This document shows positions 47,189-55,979 of a stretch of 64,000 nt of DNA, piece after piece. The stretch lies in IMG/VR virus record IMGVR_UViG_2898748948_000001; one strand, written 5' to 3'. The DNA comes from an uncultured virus (IMG/VR IMGVR_UViG_2898748948_000001). Lineage: Duplodnaviria; Heunggongvirae; Uroviricota; Caudoviricetes. Under the pieces are notes generated by a model. It searched no databases. It had not been told where the DNA came from and worked only from the letters and a program-made list of their open reading frames with translations. Position numbers and translations under genes: made by a program. Each line of letters begins with the position of its first letter. The stretch's first letter is position 1.

Positions 47189-48739
47189 TTACTTGCGGCG
47201 GGTGCCATACGCGGCAGCGACAAATGGGGAGGCGGCGCCCTGGTAGGCCGCGTCTGCAGCATCCAGTTCGTCCTCGGCAGCTTTGATCTGGCGGGCGAAT
47301 GCATCACGAGCTGCATTGCCATCCTTGAGCCCAGGTGGCCGACTTGCGCGCAACTGAGCCAGATCTGCGCGTGCTTTGTCCAAGCGGACTCCGGCGGCTT
47401 CTGCAGCGGGAGGCAGTCCGGAGCCAATTTGCTCTGCAATGACAGGTGCAGATGCCTTCTTTGGGGCCTGATTTGTATTGGCAGCAGCGGCCTGCTTGGG
47501 TGCAGGAGCGGGCGCAAAACGCTGGTCGATGCGCCCCATTTCCTCCTCGGTGAAGCCGCTCTGCAGGGCACGCTCCCTCACTGCCTGCAGATCCTCCGGG
47601 CTCTTGGCCTTTCGGGCTGCATCGCCAAACACCCTCGCCCGCTCGCGGGAAACGTTGTCACCGGCTGCTGCATCGCGCAGGCCTGCATAGATCTTCTGAG
47701 CATTGGCCCCCGAAAAAGCACGCCCCTCTGCTTCCGCCTTGGCCGCTTCGATGTCCATGGCCTGCTTGCGTGCTTGCTTAGGGTCAAAGTCAGACAAAAA
47801 GTCGAATGGCGCTGCCTCGGCGCCCCCTGCTTTGCCCGAAGCTCTTCCAGCGGCAATGGCCAGTTGCTGACTCCGGTGGCTGATGTCCGCATTCAGCCTG
47901 CGCTCATTCAGGGCGTAATTGCGGTCGTCGTTCGCCTGCGCGCGCTGCGCCTGGGCATTGCGGTGCAGCATGTCCAGGTAATGCGATGTGTCGAGACTCT
48001 TCCAGTGGGGAGATACCAGAGCTGTCAGTGCCTCCTGAGTGTTATCTACCGGCTGGCCCAGCAGCGCCTTCGCGCCATCTGCGCCCAGCGTGTAGAACTG
48101 CACCTTCCCGTCCTTGCCGGTATCGAATCCCACCTTCGCACCACCAAACAAGCCGGATTCACTGGCGAAAGAGCTCAGGCCTTGAGCTCCACCACCCAGC
48201 GCGGCCCGCAGCCTGCTGTCGGCATCTTTGGCAACTGCAGCCTTCTGTGCCTCATTGAACTGCAGGTCTGCAAACTGACCTTGCTTGACGTTGCGCTCTA
48301 CTTCAAGTGCCTTATCTACCAGGCCTGCGCCACGATACGCCGCCACCACACGCTGATTCATCGCCTCGGGCTTGGCGTAATCGGCCACGGCTTGCTGGGC
48401 TTCCGCTGCTGTGGAGAAAGATTTGTTGACCCCTGGCGCAACCATGCGGAAGGTTGGCGCTGCTGGCGCGCCAGTGCTGCCCTGGCTCAATGCCATCGGT
48501 ACCGGAGGGCCTGCGCTCTGATCGCCCAATGGGCCTTCCACGACTTCGGCAGGAGCCTGGGCCTGCTTGAGAGACTGATTTAGCGAATCCGCCTCGGATT
48601 GCTGCTTGCGCCAGACCTCGCGCTGGTCCCTCTTGAACTGCTGGTCTTCATCGTCCCGCTTACGCTGGTCCTCAACCTCGCGCTGCTTCAAATAGCCGGT
48701 ACCGGCCCCCGCCAGGAATGCAATGATTGGGCTTGCCAT
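47189..48739 (-). CDS. Putative internal virion/ejection protein
   Basis: AFLAGAGTGY N-term then helical Ala/Gln/Arg-rich body; upstream of the polyvalent gene. Confidence 0.7.
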   Translation of the reverse strand: MASPIIAFLAGAGTGYLKQREVEDQRKRDDEDQQFKRDQREVWRKQQSEADSLNQSLKQAQAPAEVVEGPLGDQSAGPPVPMALSQGSTGAPAAPTFRMVAPGVNKSFSTAAEAQQAVADYAKPEAMNQRVVAAYRGAGLVDKALEVERNVKQGQFADLQFNEAQKAAVAKDADSRLRAALGGGAQGLSSFASESGLFGGAKVGFDTGKDGKVQFYTLGADGAKALLGQPVDNTQEALTALVSPHWKSLDTSHYLDMLHRNAQAQRAQANDDRNYALNERRLNADISHRSQQLAIAAGRASGKAGGAEAAPFDFLSDFDPKQARKQAMDIEAAKAEAEGRAFSGANAQKIYAGLRDAAAGDNVSRERARVFGDAARKAKSPEDLQAVRERALQSGFTEEEMGRIDQRFAPAPAPKQAAAANTNQAPKKASAPVIAEQIGSGLPPAAEAAGVRLDKARADLAQLRASRPPGLKDGNAARDAFARQIKAAEDELDAADAAYQGAASPFVAAAYGTRRK

Positions 48740-48789
48740 GTGTTCCCCTGCCATACCGCAGGCGCACACAAACGGCCTCGGCGCGCGCT

Positions 48790-48823
48790 ATGAAACGACA
48801 GTGCCGAGGCGATTTCAAGGGGG
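48790..48823 (-). promoter_or_regulatory. Putative late promoter (motif copy 3)
   Basis: CCCCCTTGA-N15-GTCGTTTCAT. Confidence 0.65.
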
Positions 48824-48901
48824 TATGAAGGCGGCCCTCTGCTACATTTCGCGGAAAACAATGCGTCCTGCCCAGAACCTTGCTTTAACGCAACCACAAC
48901 G

Positions 48902-49093
48902 ATGAAGAAAAACGAACGAGACGCTGAAATCATCCGCCGTTGGCTGCAGCGGCCACAAAGTGAACGGACGATGAACGACGTGTTCGACTTCAATAATGAG
49001 CTGCAGCAGAAGGGGTCAAGTCTTCTCGATGGTATCCCCGGCGACCCTTACCAGCAGCTCAAGTCGATACTTCGACGTCACATCCGCGAATAG
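48902..49093 (+). CDS. Small moron protein
   Basis: Opposite-strand 63-aa ORF preceded by CTCTGCTACATT. Confidence 0.55.
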   Translation: MKKNERDAEIIRRWLQRPQSERTMNDVFDFNNELQQKGSSLLDGIPGDPYQQLKSILRRHIRE

Positions 49094-49382
49094 CCTTTAG
49101 CGCTGCCTTGCAGATCTCATCGGCCGTTAAAACGATTAGCAGCACGGAGATCCCCTGGTGCTCAGGCGTTGATCCCCAGCCCCAGGCTTTTGCGGCCTCG
49201 CTCAATGCAGCATCAAAGCGTGAGAGCACAGGTAGCGGCTGTCGCAGCATCCGATTCGCAACCCCTGCAGCCCATGTCCTATCCCCGGAAAAATCAGGAA
49301 CACCCCACGGCAATGCCGCAATCGCCTCATGTGTCATGCCATAGACATGTTCGGCCACCTGCTTATTCAGTTCTTCATCCAT
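49059..49382 (-). CDS. Phage hypothetical protein
   Basis: VAEHVYG...PDFS.D...A...ICKAALKA pattern. Confidence 0.6.
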   Translation of the reverse strand: MDEELNKQVAEHVYGMTHEAIAALPWGVPDFSGDRTWAAGVANRMLRQPLPVLSRFDAALSEAAKAWGWGSTPEHQGISVLLIVLTADEICKAALKAIRGCDVEVST

Positions 49383-49396
49383 ACGGAGGCATCCTC

Positions 49397-49588
49397 TCAA
49401 CGTGTACGGGCACGGGTGCCAGGCAAGCTGAACGGCAGCGCCCTGCCGTGCTTGGCTCCGGCCTTGCGGCGGGTGTCTGGCTCCGGACTCTCCGGAGCAT
49501 CGCGCGAGCGATACAGCACATCAAATGCATTGCCCCTGCTGCGTGGGGTGCCGTCAGGCCATCGGGTGTCGGAATGGGTCTGGTTCAT
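49397..49588 (-). CDS. Small phage hypothetical protein
   Basis: RWPDGTPRSRGNAFD; coupled to the upstream ORF. Confidence 0.5.
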   Translation of the reverse strand: MNQTHSDTRWPDGTPRSRGNAFDVLYRSRDAPESPEPDTRRKAGAKHGRALPFSLPGTRARTR

Positions 49589-49830
49589 CAAAGAGCCTTT
49601 TTGCAATGGGTCAGGAGAAAGCGCAGCGTTAGCGTGTCCTCACGCGGCGCCAGTTGATCGTTCTCGTTCACTTCGCGGACAACGGCCTCGGGGTTGGTGC
49701 CCTGCTCGATCCGGCGGACCTCCACAACCTTTCCGGACGGGAGAATGAAGCGCTTATAAATATGGGGAGAGCTGGCCATCAGTTTGTATTTCTTGGGGAT
49801 CCCTGCCACAGGGGCAGCTTCTTGGGCCAT
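49588..49830 (-). CDS. Small phage hypothetical protein (start may be 49779)
   Basis: Coupled ORF in the pR operon. Confidence 0.55.
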   Translation of the reverse strand: MAQEAAPVAGIPKKYKLMASSPHIYKRFILPSGKVVEVRRIEQGTNPEAVVREVNENDQLAPREDTLTLRFLLTHCKKAL

Positions 49831-50378
49831 AGCCCAGCCTTCAGGATTTGCTCGCGGGTGAAGCGGCCGGCTTCGATGCCGTACTCGCGGTGGGCCTCGC
49901 GCCCTCCGGACTCCAGCAGCCGGTAGTTGTCATAGGCCACATGGCAGCCCTCAATGCCAGGACGGCTGCAGCAGAGGGGGAATCCCGTGCGGTCGTCCGT
50001 CTTCAGGCCCAGGCCTTTGCCGTAGTTGAGATGGGCATGCTGGCTATAGCCGCTGATGCCGCACCAAAAGCAAGGCAGTTCTGCCACCAGACGGCGGTAG
50101 GGCTCGCTTTCAATGACGTGCTCTTTCAAAACAGCTATGCCAGTCGTCCCAGCCCCAGGGGCCATGGTGACGCTCCCGGGAACCATGCTGACCGTTGCAA
50201 GGGCGCTTGCGATCTGACGCGCAGCGCGCTCGGCAAGGCGCTGTTCACGGCTTTCAGCCTGGCCGGGTTCGCAGTGGTGGCCCTCGTCCTGCTCATCACG
50301 GAGCCCAGCGCCAGCCCAGCCACTGCGAGACTTGAAGCCCTTGCCGGGCTTGAGAGGGGCGCGGCGCATCAATACCAT
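49779..50378 (-). CDS. Nin-region Zn-binding/HNH-like protein
   Basis: YRRLVAELPCFWCG...HAH...GLKTDD...PLC...CH. Confidence 0.75.
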   Translation of the reverse strand: MVLMRRAPLKPGKGFKSRSGWAGAGLRDEQDEGHHCEPGQAESREQRLAERAARQIASALATVSMVPGSVTMAPGAGTTGIAVLKEHVIESEPYRRLVAELPCFWCGISGYSQHAHLNYGKGLGLKTDDRTGFPLCCSRPGIEGCHVAYDNYRLLESGGREAHREYGIEAGRFTREQILKAGLWPKKLPLWQGSPRNTN

Positions 50379-50626
50379 GAGGGCCCCCAGTCGTCGACCA
50401 GCACGGTATCGCCGTACTCGTCCATCACATAGATGCGGCGGGATCCCACCTCCATGGGGTTGCCGCAGCGGTTTTCCATGGTGACCCGGTGCATGTACCG
50501 GCCATCACTCATGCGATCCAGATGGGGATGCAGCAGCCGCGTGATGCGCGATGCGCTGGGGGGCTTGCGTTCGCCGCCCCCCGGCACGACCTTCCCAAAG
50601 AAGGCTGGGTTCAAAGGCTGGATCAT
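50369..50626 (-). CDS. Phage hypothetical protein
   Basis: ATGA-coupled ORF. Confidence 0.55.
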   Translation of the reverse strand: MIQPLNPAFFGKVVPGGGERKPPSASRITRLLHPHLDRMSDGRYMHRVTMENRCGNPMEVGSRRIYVMDEYGDTVLVDDWGPSWY

Positions 50627-51183
50627 TTGACCAACCTCACTTCCAGGCCCAGCAAAGCCTTCATCAGGTGGCGCTTGAGCTTGAATTCGGGGGTCAGCAC
50701 GCCCTTCACGTCTTCAATCACCTCCACGCCCTTTTCCACATAGACAAAATCGGCCACGTAGCAAATGGCCTTCTTGACGCGGCTCGCATCGGCAAACTTC
50801 ACGGCGGGCACCAGCTCATAGGCCACCTGGCGGCGCAGCTCGGTGATTTCCCCTGCGCGCAACTGCATGCACAGATGTCCCCAGCGGCGGGCCTCGGCGC
50901 GGCTATCGAACTTCACCCCATCGGGGGTGACGGTCTTCTTGTTGCCGTACTTGGCTCCACCGGCTCCAGATCGCTTGGCCGTGGCTTGAACCCCAGGCGC
51001 TTGAGCTCGGCTCGCACCGCCTCCCGCATTCCCGGCCACAGGCCGTGCCCATGTGTCACGGATTCCTCTTCCAACTCCGTAGCCCTGTGCCTTGAGTAGT
51101 GCCACCACCCCGGCGTCATTGCCAGCCGCACCAGATGGTCTCTGGCGGCTAGGTAGTGCGGTGGTAAATCGTTTGGCATTCAT
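50623..51183 (-). CDS. DUF1064-family PD-(D/E)xK nuclease
   Basis: KYGNKKT..DGVKFDSRAEA...YVADFVY...IEDVKG. Confidence 0.85.
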   Translation of the reverse strand: MNAKRFTTALPSRQRPSGAAGNDAGVVALLKAQGYGVGRGIRDTWARPVAGNAGGGASRAQAPGVQATAKRSGAGGAKYGNKKTVTPDGVKFDSRAEARRWGHLCMQLRAGEITELRRQVAYELVPAVKFADASRVKKAICYVADFVYVEKGVEVIEDVKGVLTPEFKLKRHLMKALLGLEVRLVK

Positions 51184-51968
51184 CACCTGCCCTCCTGCTG
51201 GTAGGCCAGCACAGCGGCGGCGGTCTTGCGCTTGTCTTGGTTCAGGCGCATGCGGTCTGCCCGGGCCAGAACCTGGGCATGGGTTAAGCGCCCAGCCTTG
51301 CGGGCGAAGTGGTCGCGCAGCTTGGCCAACTGCTGCAGCGCGGTGCGTTCTGCTCCTGATGGAGCAATCTCCGGCGCAGGCAGCGCCAGCGCAGCGCGTG
51401 GTGCAGGTAGCTGCAGTTGGTGGCGAACATCCTCGGTCAAGGCTTCCAGACCGCCCGGCAGGCGCCCTGCAGTCATGGCCTCCTGCAAGGCGCGGGTGCG
51501 CCCCTCGGGGTCATGACCAAGGCTCACTTGCACCACAGGATGCTGGCGCAGCGCGCGGGCTTCGCCAGTAATGCGGCCGTATGCCTCAACGAAAGCCTGT
51601 CGGGCACCGAACTTGTCGCCAGCACGCAGCAGCGGCGCAGCCACGGCCCAGGCATCGGCAATCTCGTTCGTCCACACGATGGTGGCGCGGTCGTCCGAGC
51701 TGGACAGCGCCAGCGCATAGGCTTCCGCCGGCAGCAGCCGGCCCATGGCATGGTCCACGTACTGCAGCACGGTGCCGGTGAGGATCTGGCCTTTGTGCTC
51801 GGCACGGATACGGGCGAGTGCCATGCGCAGCAGCGACTTGTCGATGTGCTCCAGGTCAGCAGCCAGCAACTTCAGCGATGCGGGGCGAATCTGCTGCCCG
51901 GAAAGCTCCATGGTCGCGCCCAGTTCTTCGATCAGCCAATCGGTGTCGTTCTCGTTAAGCATTGCCAC
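51183..51968 (-). CDS. Replication accessory (helicase-loader-like) protein
   Basis: Follows the initiator; TIVWTNEI..AW...ARQAFVEAY...VSLGHD. Confidence 0.65.
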   Translation of the reverse strand: MAMLNENDTDWLIEELGATMELSGQQIRPASLKLLAADLEHIDKSLLRMALARIRAEHKGQILTGTVLQYVDHAMGRLLPAEAYALALSSSDDRATIVWTNEIADAWAVAAPLLRAGDKFGARQAFVEAYGRITGEARALRQHPVVQVSLGHDPEGRTRALQEAMTAGRLPGGLEALTEDVRHQLQLPAPRAALALPAPEIAPSGAERTALQQLAKLRDHFARKAGRLTHAQVLARADRMRLNQDKRKTAAAVLAYQQEGR

Positions 51969-52884
51969 CCTCCTTGCTCCGTCGCATCAAGCGCTTGGCT
52001 TCCTCGATGGCATCGAAGTTCGCGCTGCTCTTGTCGGCTGCCTGCGCAGCCGTCGCCGTCACGGCCAGGCCGCGCGCCCACTGGGTGCGATAGCCCTCGG
52101 CCTGGTTGACCAGCACGCCCATGCCGTGGGAGTTCTTCACAACAAAGGCCTCATTGACGTTCGACACGTACCACGCGGCCACCAGCGGCGCCTCCTCGTG
52201 GCCCAAGCGCTTGACCAGCGCTTTGACGTTGGCATTCACCGGGGCGTTGCGAACGGGCTTAACCCCGTATCGCTGCTCAAACGCGAAGCTGTAGGCCGCC
52301 CAAGTCTCCCGGCAAGCAGTCTGCAGTGCGGTTTCCTCGGTGTTCTCAGGTTGCCCTGCACCACCACGACCCGACTGCAAAGCAGGCGGGGATGGTTCAT
52401 TGGCGGTTAAGTGACGGTTCAACTGATGATTTGGGGGCGGCATTTGCCCCTCCAGACCTGCGGCATCTGCCGGGGCTGGGGCGGCATTTGCCGGGGGTAC
52501 TGCGGCATTTGCCGGTGGGGCGGCATCTGCACCCGGGGCGGCAGCCGCAGGGGGGGCGGCATTTGCCGCCACATCGGTTTTGCGCTTGGTGGTGCGCTTG
52601 CTCTCTGCCGGAGCCTTGGCAGGGTCAAAGCGCTTGGGGCAGACGGTGTAGCTGGTGCTTGTGTTGTGGCGGTACTCGCGGAACACAGCGCCAGCCGCTT
52701 GCAGCCAGGCCAAGGCATCGCGCACAGCGCGCTCGGACAGGCAGGTACGTGCGGCGATTGTCCCGACCGCAGGCCAGCACACGCCATCGTCGTTCGCTTG
52801 ATCAGCCAGAGAAATAAGAACAGCCTTCTGGCTCGGGCTCATGCCCTGCAGGGGCCAGCAGGCCGCCATGATGATCGTGCTCAT
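51955..52884 (-). CDS. Replication initiator with N-terminal HTH
   Basis: QKAVLISLADQANDDGVCWPAVGTIAARTCLSERAV; internal ANAAPP repeats. Confidence 0.85.
   Translation of the reverse strand: MSTIIMAACWPLQGMSPSQKAVLISLADQANDDGVCWPAVGTIAARTCLSERAVRDALAWLQAAGAVFREYRHNTSTSYTVCPKRFDPAKAPAESKRTTKRKTDVAANAAPPAAAAPGADAAPPANAAVPPANAAPAPADAAGLEGQMPPPNHQLNRHLTANEPSPPALQSGRGGAGQPENTEETALQTACRETWAAYSFAFEQRYGVKPVRNAPVNANVKALVKRLGHEEAPLVAAWYVSNVNEAFVVKNSHGMGVLVNQAEGYRTQWARGLAVTATAAQAADKSSANFDAIEEAKRLMRRSKEGGNA
52435..52572. repeat. Iteron-like repeats (probable origin) inside the initiator gene
   Basis: GCGGCAT(T/C)TGC repeated about six times. Confidence 0.65.
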
Positions 52885-53660
52885 GCTGTCACCCCGCCGC
52901 TCTGCTTCAGGCGCACCTGGTGCTGACCCCACAGGCCCGCGATCCACTCCACCCCCTTGGGGGTGAACTTGTAGTGAACGAAGGCGTGTGAAGTTTCGCC
53001 GTGCTCTGCTGTGCCTGTCTTAGCCTCAAAGCGGCCGTTATGCATGTGCTCTGCACGCGGCGTGAGCGGGCTCTTTGGAGTGGTGCGATACATCAGGCCG
53101 CGCTTCAGCAGGAAATCGGTGAACTCGTTCAGCTTGGCGCCAAGGACTTTGCATACCTCACGCACACCCATGCTGCCAGTGCCTGGCTGCACGTAACGGT
53201 CCACAAACTCCGCCTTTGGTGCGGCCAGCGCCAGCGCTTCTTCGGCCTTGATGCGTGCTTGCTCGGACTCAAGGGCCTGTTGCAGCACCTCAAGTTTGCT
53301 GAGCTCTCGGGCTTGGGACCTGGTGCGGAAGTAGATGTTGGTCAGCTGGCGCTGCACGCTCCAGGCCAAGTCATCAGTGAAAGACTTCACCAACATCAGG
53401 TAGCCAGGCTCGGCCAGCAGGATCACATCCTCGCTCGCAAACTTAGAGTGGTTTGGATCGAGGTGACGACGAAATTCGTCGGCGCCTACTTTGAAGTAGT
53501 CCTCGCCCTCAATGAGGCGGTGCTTGTGCTCGCGAAAGTTTCGACCTGCAGTTCCTTCGGGACGACCGTGGACAGAATCGACTTGTGCCAGCGTGACAAC
53601 ACGCTTGCCCATGTATTCGATCACCTGCAAGGAGGTGTTGTTGATGACGATGCTGGACAT
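52881..53660 (-). CDS. Antirepressor-like protein (ORF6N plus ANT/KilA-C domains)
   Basis: RVVTLAQVDSVHGRPEGTA.RNF, GYLMLVKSFTDDLAW, APKAEFVDRYV, FTPKGVEWI. Confidence 0.85.
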   Translation of the reverse strand: MSSIVINNTSLQVIEYMGKRVVTLAQVDSVHGRPEGTAGRNFREHKHRLIEGEDYFKVGADEFRRHLDPNHSKFASEDVILLAEPGYLMLVKSFTDDLAWSVQRQLTNIYFRTRSQARELSKLEVLQQALESEQARIKAEEALALAAPKAEFVDRYVQPGTGSMGVREVCKVLGAKLNEFTDFLLKRGLMYRTTPKSPLTPRAEHMHNGRFEAKTGTAEHGETSHAFVHYKFTPKGVEWIAGLWGQHQVRLKQSGGVTA

Positions 53661-54101
53661 TTAGACGCCCCCCATGGATTCGGGGGCCCTAAACGGACCT
53701 ATGAGCTTGGCAAGCGCGTCGATACGCTTGTCGTCATGGTTGATCTTTTCCACCACCATTTGCCTGTAGCTCTTGCCGTGCACCAGGACGTAGATGCAGT
53801 CGCGCAGCACCCCTGCCGTGTCCTGGCCGCGCTGGGAGCAGTGCTGCAACCACAGATCATGGGTGAGCTCGTCTATCTTGGTCTTGGCGTCACAGGTCAG
53901 CTTGCCCAGAGGGCCAGCGATGCCGCGCGCAAACATGGGGGCAGGCTCGTCACCAGCCAGATGGGCAATGGCGTGATCCAAGACCTCCTGAGCGTCTTCG
54001 GGCTGCAGACCCTTGAGCGCATCTACTACAGCAGCAAGCGCAGTGTTCTGAGCCTTGGACAGGTGCGGGAGTTGCGTAATGCGTTTGGTGGTGTCAGTCA
54101 T
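53661..54101 (-). CDS. CII-position regulatory protein (putative)
   Basis: Follows cro; GGAGG RBS; RHH-like C-term. Confidence 0.55.
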   Translation of the reverse strand: MTDTTKRITQLPHLSKAQNTALAAVVDALKGLQPEDAQEVLDHAIAHLAGDEPAPMFARGIAGPLGKLTCDAKTKIDELTHDLWLQHCSQRGQDTAGVLRDCIYVLVHGKSYRQMVVEKINHDDKRIDALAKLIGPFRAPESMGGV

Positions 54102-54315
54102 TGCCCACCTCCTTGGTCGAAGTGGATGGCTGCGCCAGCTCGTGGCTGGAACACTTTTCTTTCTGCATGCGCCACAAGGCGGCCTGAACGCGGTCAACGA
54201 TGCGTGCCGGAAGCACATCAGGCCACTGATTGACAGCTTGGTAGCTCACGCCAATTGCTTTAGCGGCAGCTGGAATAGAGCCGCCCAGTTGTTGAATTGC
54301 TTCAGCTTTATTCAT
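54094..54315 (-). CDS. cro: Cro-like repressor
   Basis: AAKAIGVSYQAVNQWP HTH, divergent from cI. Confidence 0.88.
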   Translation of the reverse strand: MNKAEAIQQLGGSIPAAAKAIGVSYQAVNQWPDVLPARIVDRVQAALWRMQKEKCSSHELAQPSTSTKEVGND

Positions 54316-54320
54316 CCTTG

Positions 54321-54392
54321 GATTGAATCATGATTCACCACAATACGCAATCACAATTCACTTCCGCTCAAGCATATTTCAACCATGATTGA
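54321..54392. promoter_or_regulatory. oR/pR region: operators TGAATCATGATTCA (54324-54337) plus degenerate copies (54347-54360, 54379-54392)
   Basis: Perfect 14-bp palindrome also found at 55236; minus-strand TTGCGT-N17-TTCAAT. Confidence 0.8.
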
Positions 54393-55053
54393 ATACAGCG
54401 AGCGACTAAAGGCCGCCATGGATGAAAGGTCGGTGTCGGTGTCACAGCTTGCCGCCGGCATGGGGGTCAGCTATCAAGCAGTGAAAAGAGCCCTTGACGG
54501 CCTGTCAAAAGCCTTTTCCGCCGCAAACAACACCAAGGCCGCAGCATTTCTGCGCGTGAGCCCAGACTGGCTTGCAACCGGATCTGGCTCTATGGCCGCA
54601 AACTTCGATGAAAACGTCAAACCAACGCCACCAGGCATGCGCGCCTACCCTGTCATCTCAAAGATACAAGCAGGGCTAGTGAAAGAGATCGTGTGCCCAT
54701 ATGAGCCTGGCGACGGCTTTGCCGTTGAGTTCGGCGAAGACGATGCCTCTGACTGGGCCTTCTTTTTTGAGATCGAAGGCGACTCAATGCTCCCTGAGTT
54801 CCGCCCAGGTGACAGGGTTTTGATCGATCCCGAAGTGTCCCCTCGTCCCGGCGACTTTGTTGCCGCACGTAATACGAGACAAGAGGCAACCTTCAAAAAG
54901 TACCGAGTGCGTGGCATCGATGAGGCTGGTCAAGAGATTTTTGAGCTGGTGCCTCTGAATGACGACTACCCCGTGATGCGAAGCGATGAGCACCATCTTG
55001 TTGTCATCGGGACCATGCTGGAACATCGGCGCAAATTCCGCAGACGGTCATGA
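54385..55053 (+). CDS. cI: CI-like repressor (HTH plus S24 autopeptidase)
   Basis: GVSYQAV HTH, QAG cleavage site, GDSM and TFKK catalytic motifs. Confidence 0.93.
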   Translation: MIEYSERLKAAMDERSVSVSQLAAGMGVSYQAVKRALDGLSKAFSAANNTKAAAFLRVSPDWLATGSGSMAANFDENVKPTPPGMRAYPVISKIQAGLVKEIVCPYEPGDGFAVEFGEDDASDWAFFFEIEGDSMLPEFRPGDRVLIDPEVSPRPGDFVAARNTRQEATFKKYRVRGIDEAGQEIFELVPLNDDYPVMRSDEHHLVVIGTMLEHRRKFRRRS

Positions 55054-55124
55054 TGCGCTTCGGCCACCCTCACTAGATACCGCTCCAGCGAATCCCTACG
55101 CTCTTGAAGCGAAGCCTACATCTC

Positions 55125-55146
55125 GCCCGCATAAGCGGGCTTTTTT
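55125..55146 (+). terminator. Terminator after cI
   Basis: GCCCGC-ATAA-GCGGGC-TTTTTT. Confidence 0.8.
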
Positions 55147-55189
55147 CGTCTGCTGGGTGCATAGCTATGGCCTCTCTCATCGTTCAGAT

Positions 55190-55251
55190 TGAATCTGTAT
55201 TCACATTAAATTGAATCAAGATTGACACAAGCGACTGAATCATGATTCAAT
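55190..55251 (+). promoter_or_regulatory. oL/pL region: three operators and early promoter
   Basis: TGAATCTGTATTCA, TGAATCAAGATTGA, TGAATCATGATTCA; TTGACA-N18-TTCAAT with extended TG. Confidence 0.8.
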
Positions 55252-55671
55252 TACTCATCGCAGCAGAAAACCGAAGCGATGGGTGCCAAGTGATCGAGCC
55301 AGCACCGAAGCTCATGCAGCCGCACGGCTGGGTAAACACAAGGCACCGCGGGCGGCAGCGGGATACAAAAGGTCGTCGGTCGCTCTAGTCAGTACTGCTC
55401 TGCCCCCGGATGGGATCGGCAACAGGAACATCGAAAGGCCACGCGAAATCCATCCGCTGGGTTCCATACGGCGGTGAGGCATACAGGGAGGCCGAGAGCA
55501 AAAACGCCCAGCGCGCTAGCGCCGCCACCCGGAGCGCATCCGGGGTTCAAACCAAAGCCTTGCTTGCAGGGCTGCGGTTTGACCACACAAACAATAGCGA
55601 AACTAATAATTTCCTCAAATTTGATCAAGGTTGAGTTACCATCAACCTATCAAAATGATAGGAACCATCTT

Positions 55672-55977
55672 TTGACAAGCCTGTCAAATCACCAGCTGGA
55701 ACGCTTCATTCAAGAGTGTGCGCAAGAGAGCTTTAACGTCATGTTCACCAAGCATGCTCAGCAGCGAATGAGGCAAAGAGGTGTGACACAAATGATGGTC
55801 CTCGAGGCTTTGCGGCTGGGTTGTATGCGTCGCAAGCCTGAGCCCGACATCAAATTCACAGGCCTAAAGTGCCGAATGGAAAGGCTGGTTTCTGGAGTTT
55901 TGGTTGGGGTTGAGGTCTACATAGATCATCCTGCCCCAGATTTGACGGTAGTAACGGTAATTAATTTAGGAGAGTAG
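55672..55977 (+). CDS. DUF4258-like toxin (TTG start inferred)
   Basis: FTKHAQQRMRQRGVT...VVTVI. Confidence 0.75.
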   Translation: MTSLSNHQLERFIQECAQESFNVMFTKHAQQRMRQRGVTQMMVLEALRLGCMRRKPEPDIKFTGLKCRMERLVSGVLVGVEVYIDHPAPDLTVVTVINLGE

Positions 55978-55979
55978 TC

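Noticed and set aside
13201..48583. Many long plus-strand ORFs (e.g. 23096-24592, 29041-30510, 32860-34347, 37974-39914, 40770-42533)
   Set aside because: Antisense shadows of GC-rich minus-strand genes, with no recognisable motifs
49059..51183. Q-like late antiterminator
   Set aside because: No ORF with recognisable Q features; multiple late-promoter motifs argue for another mechanism
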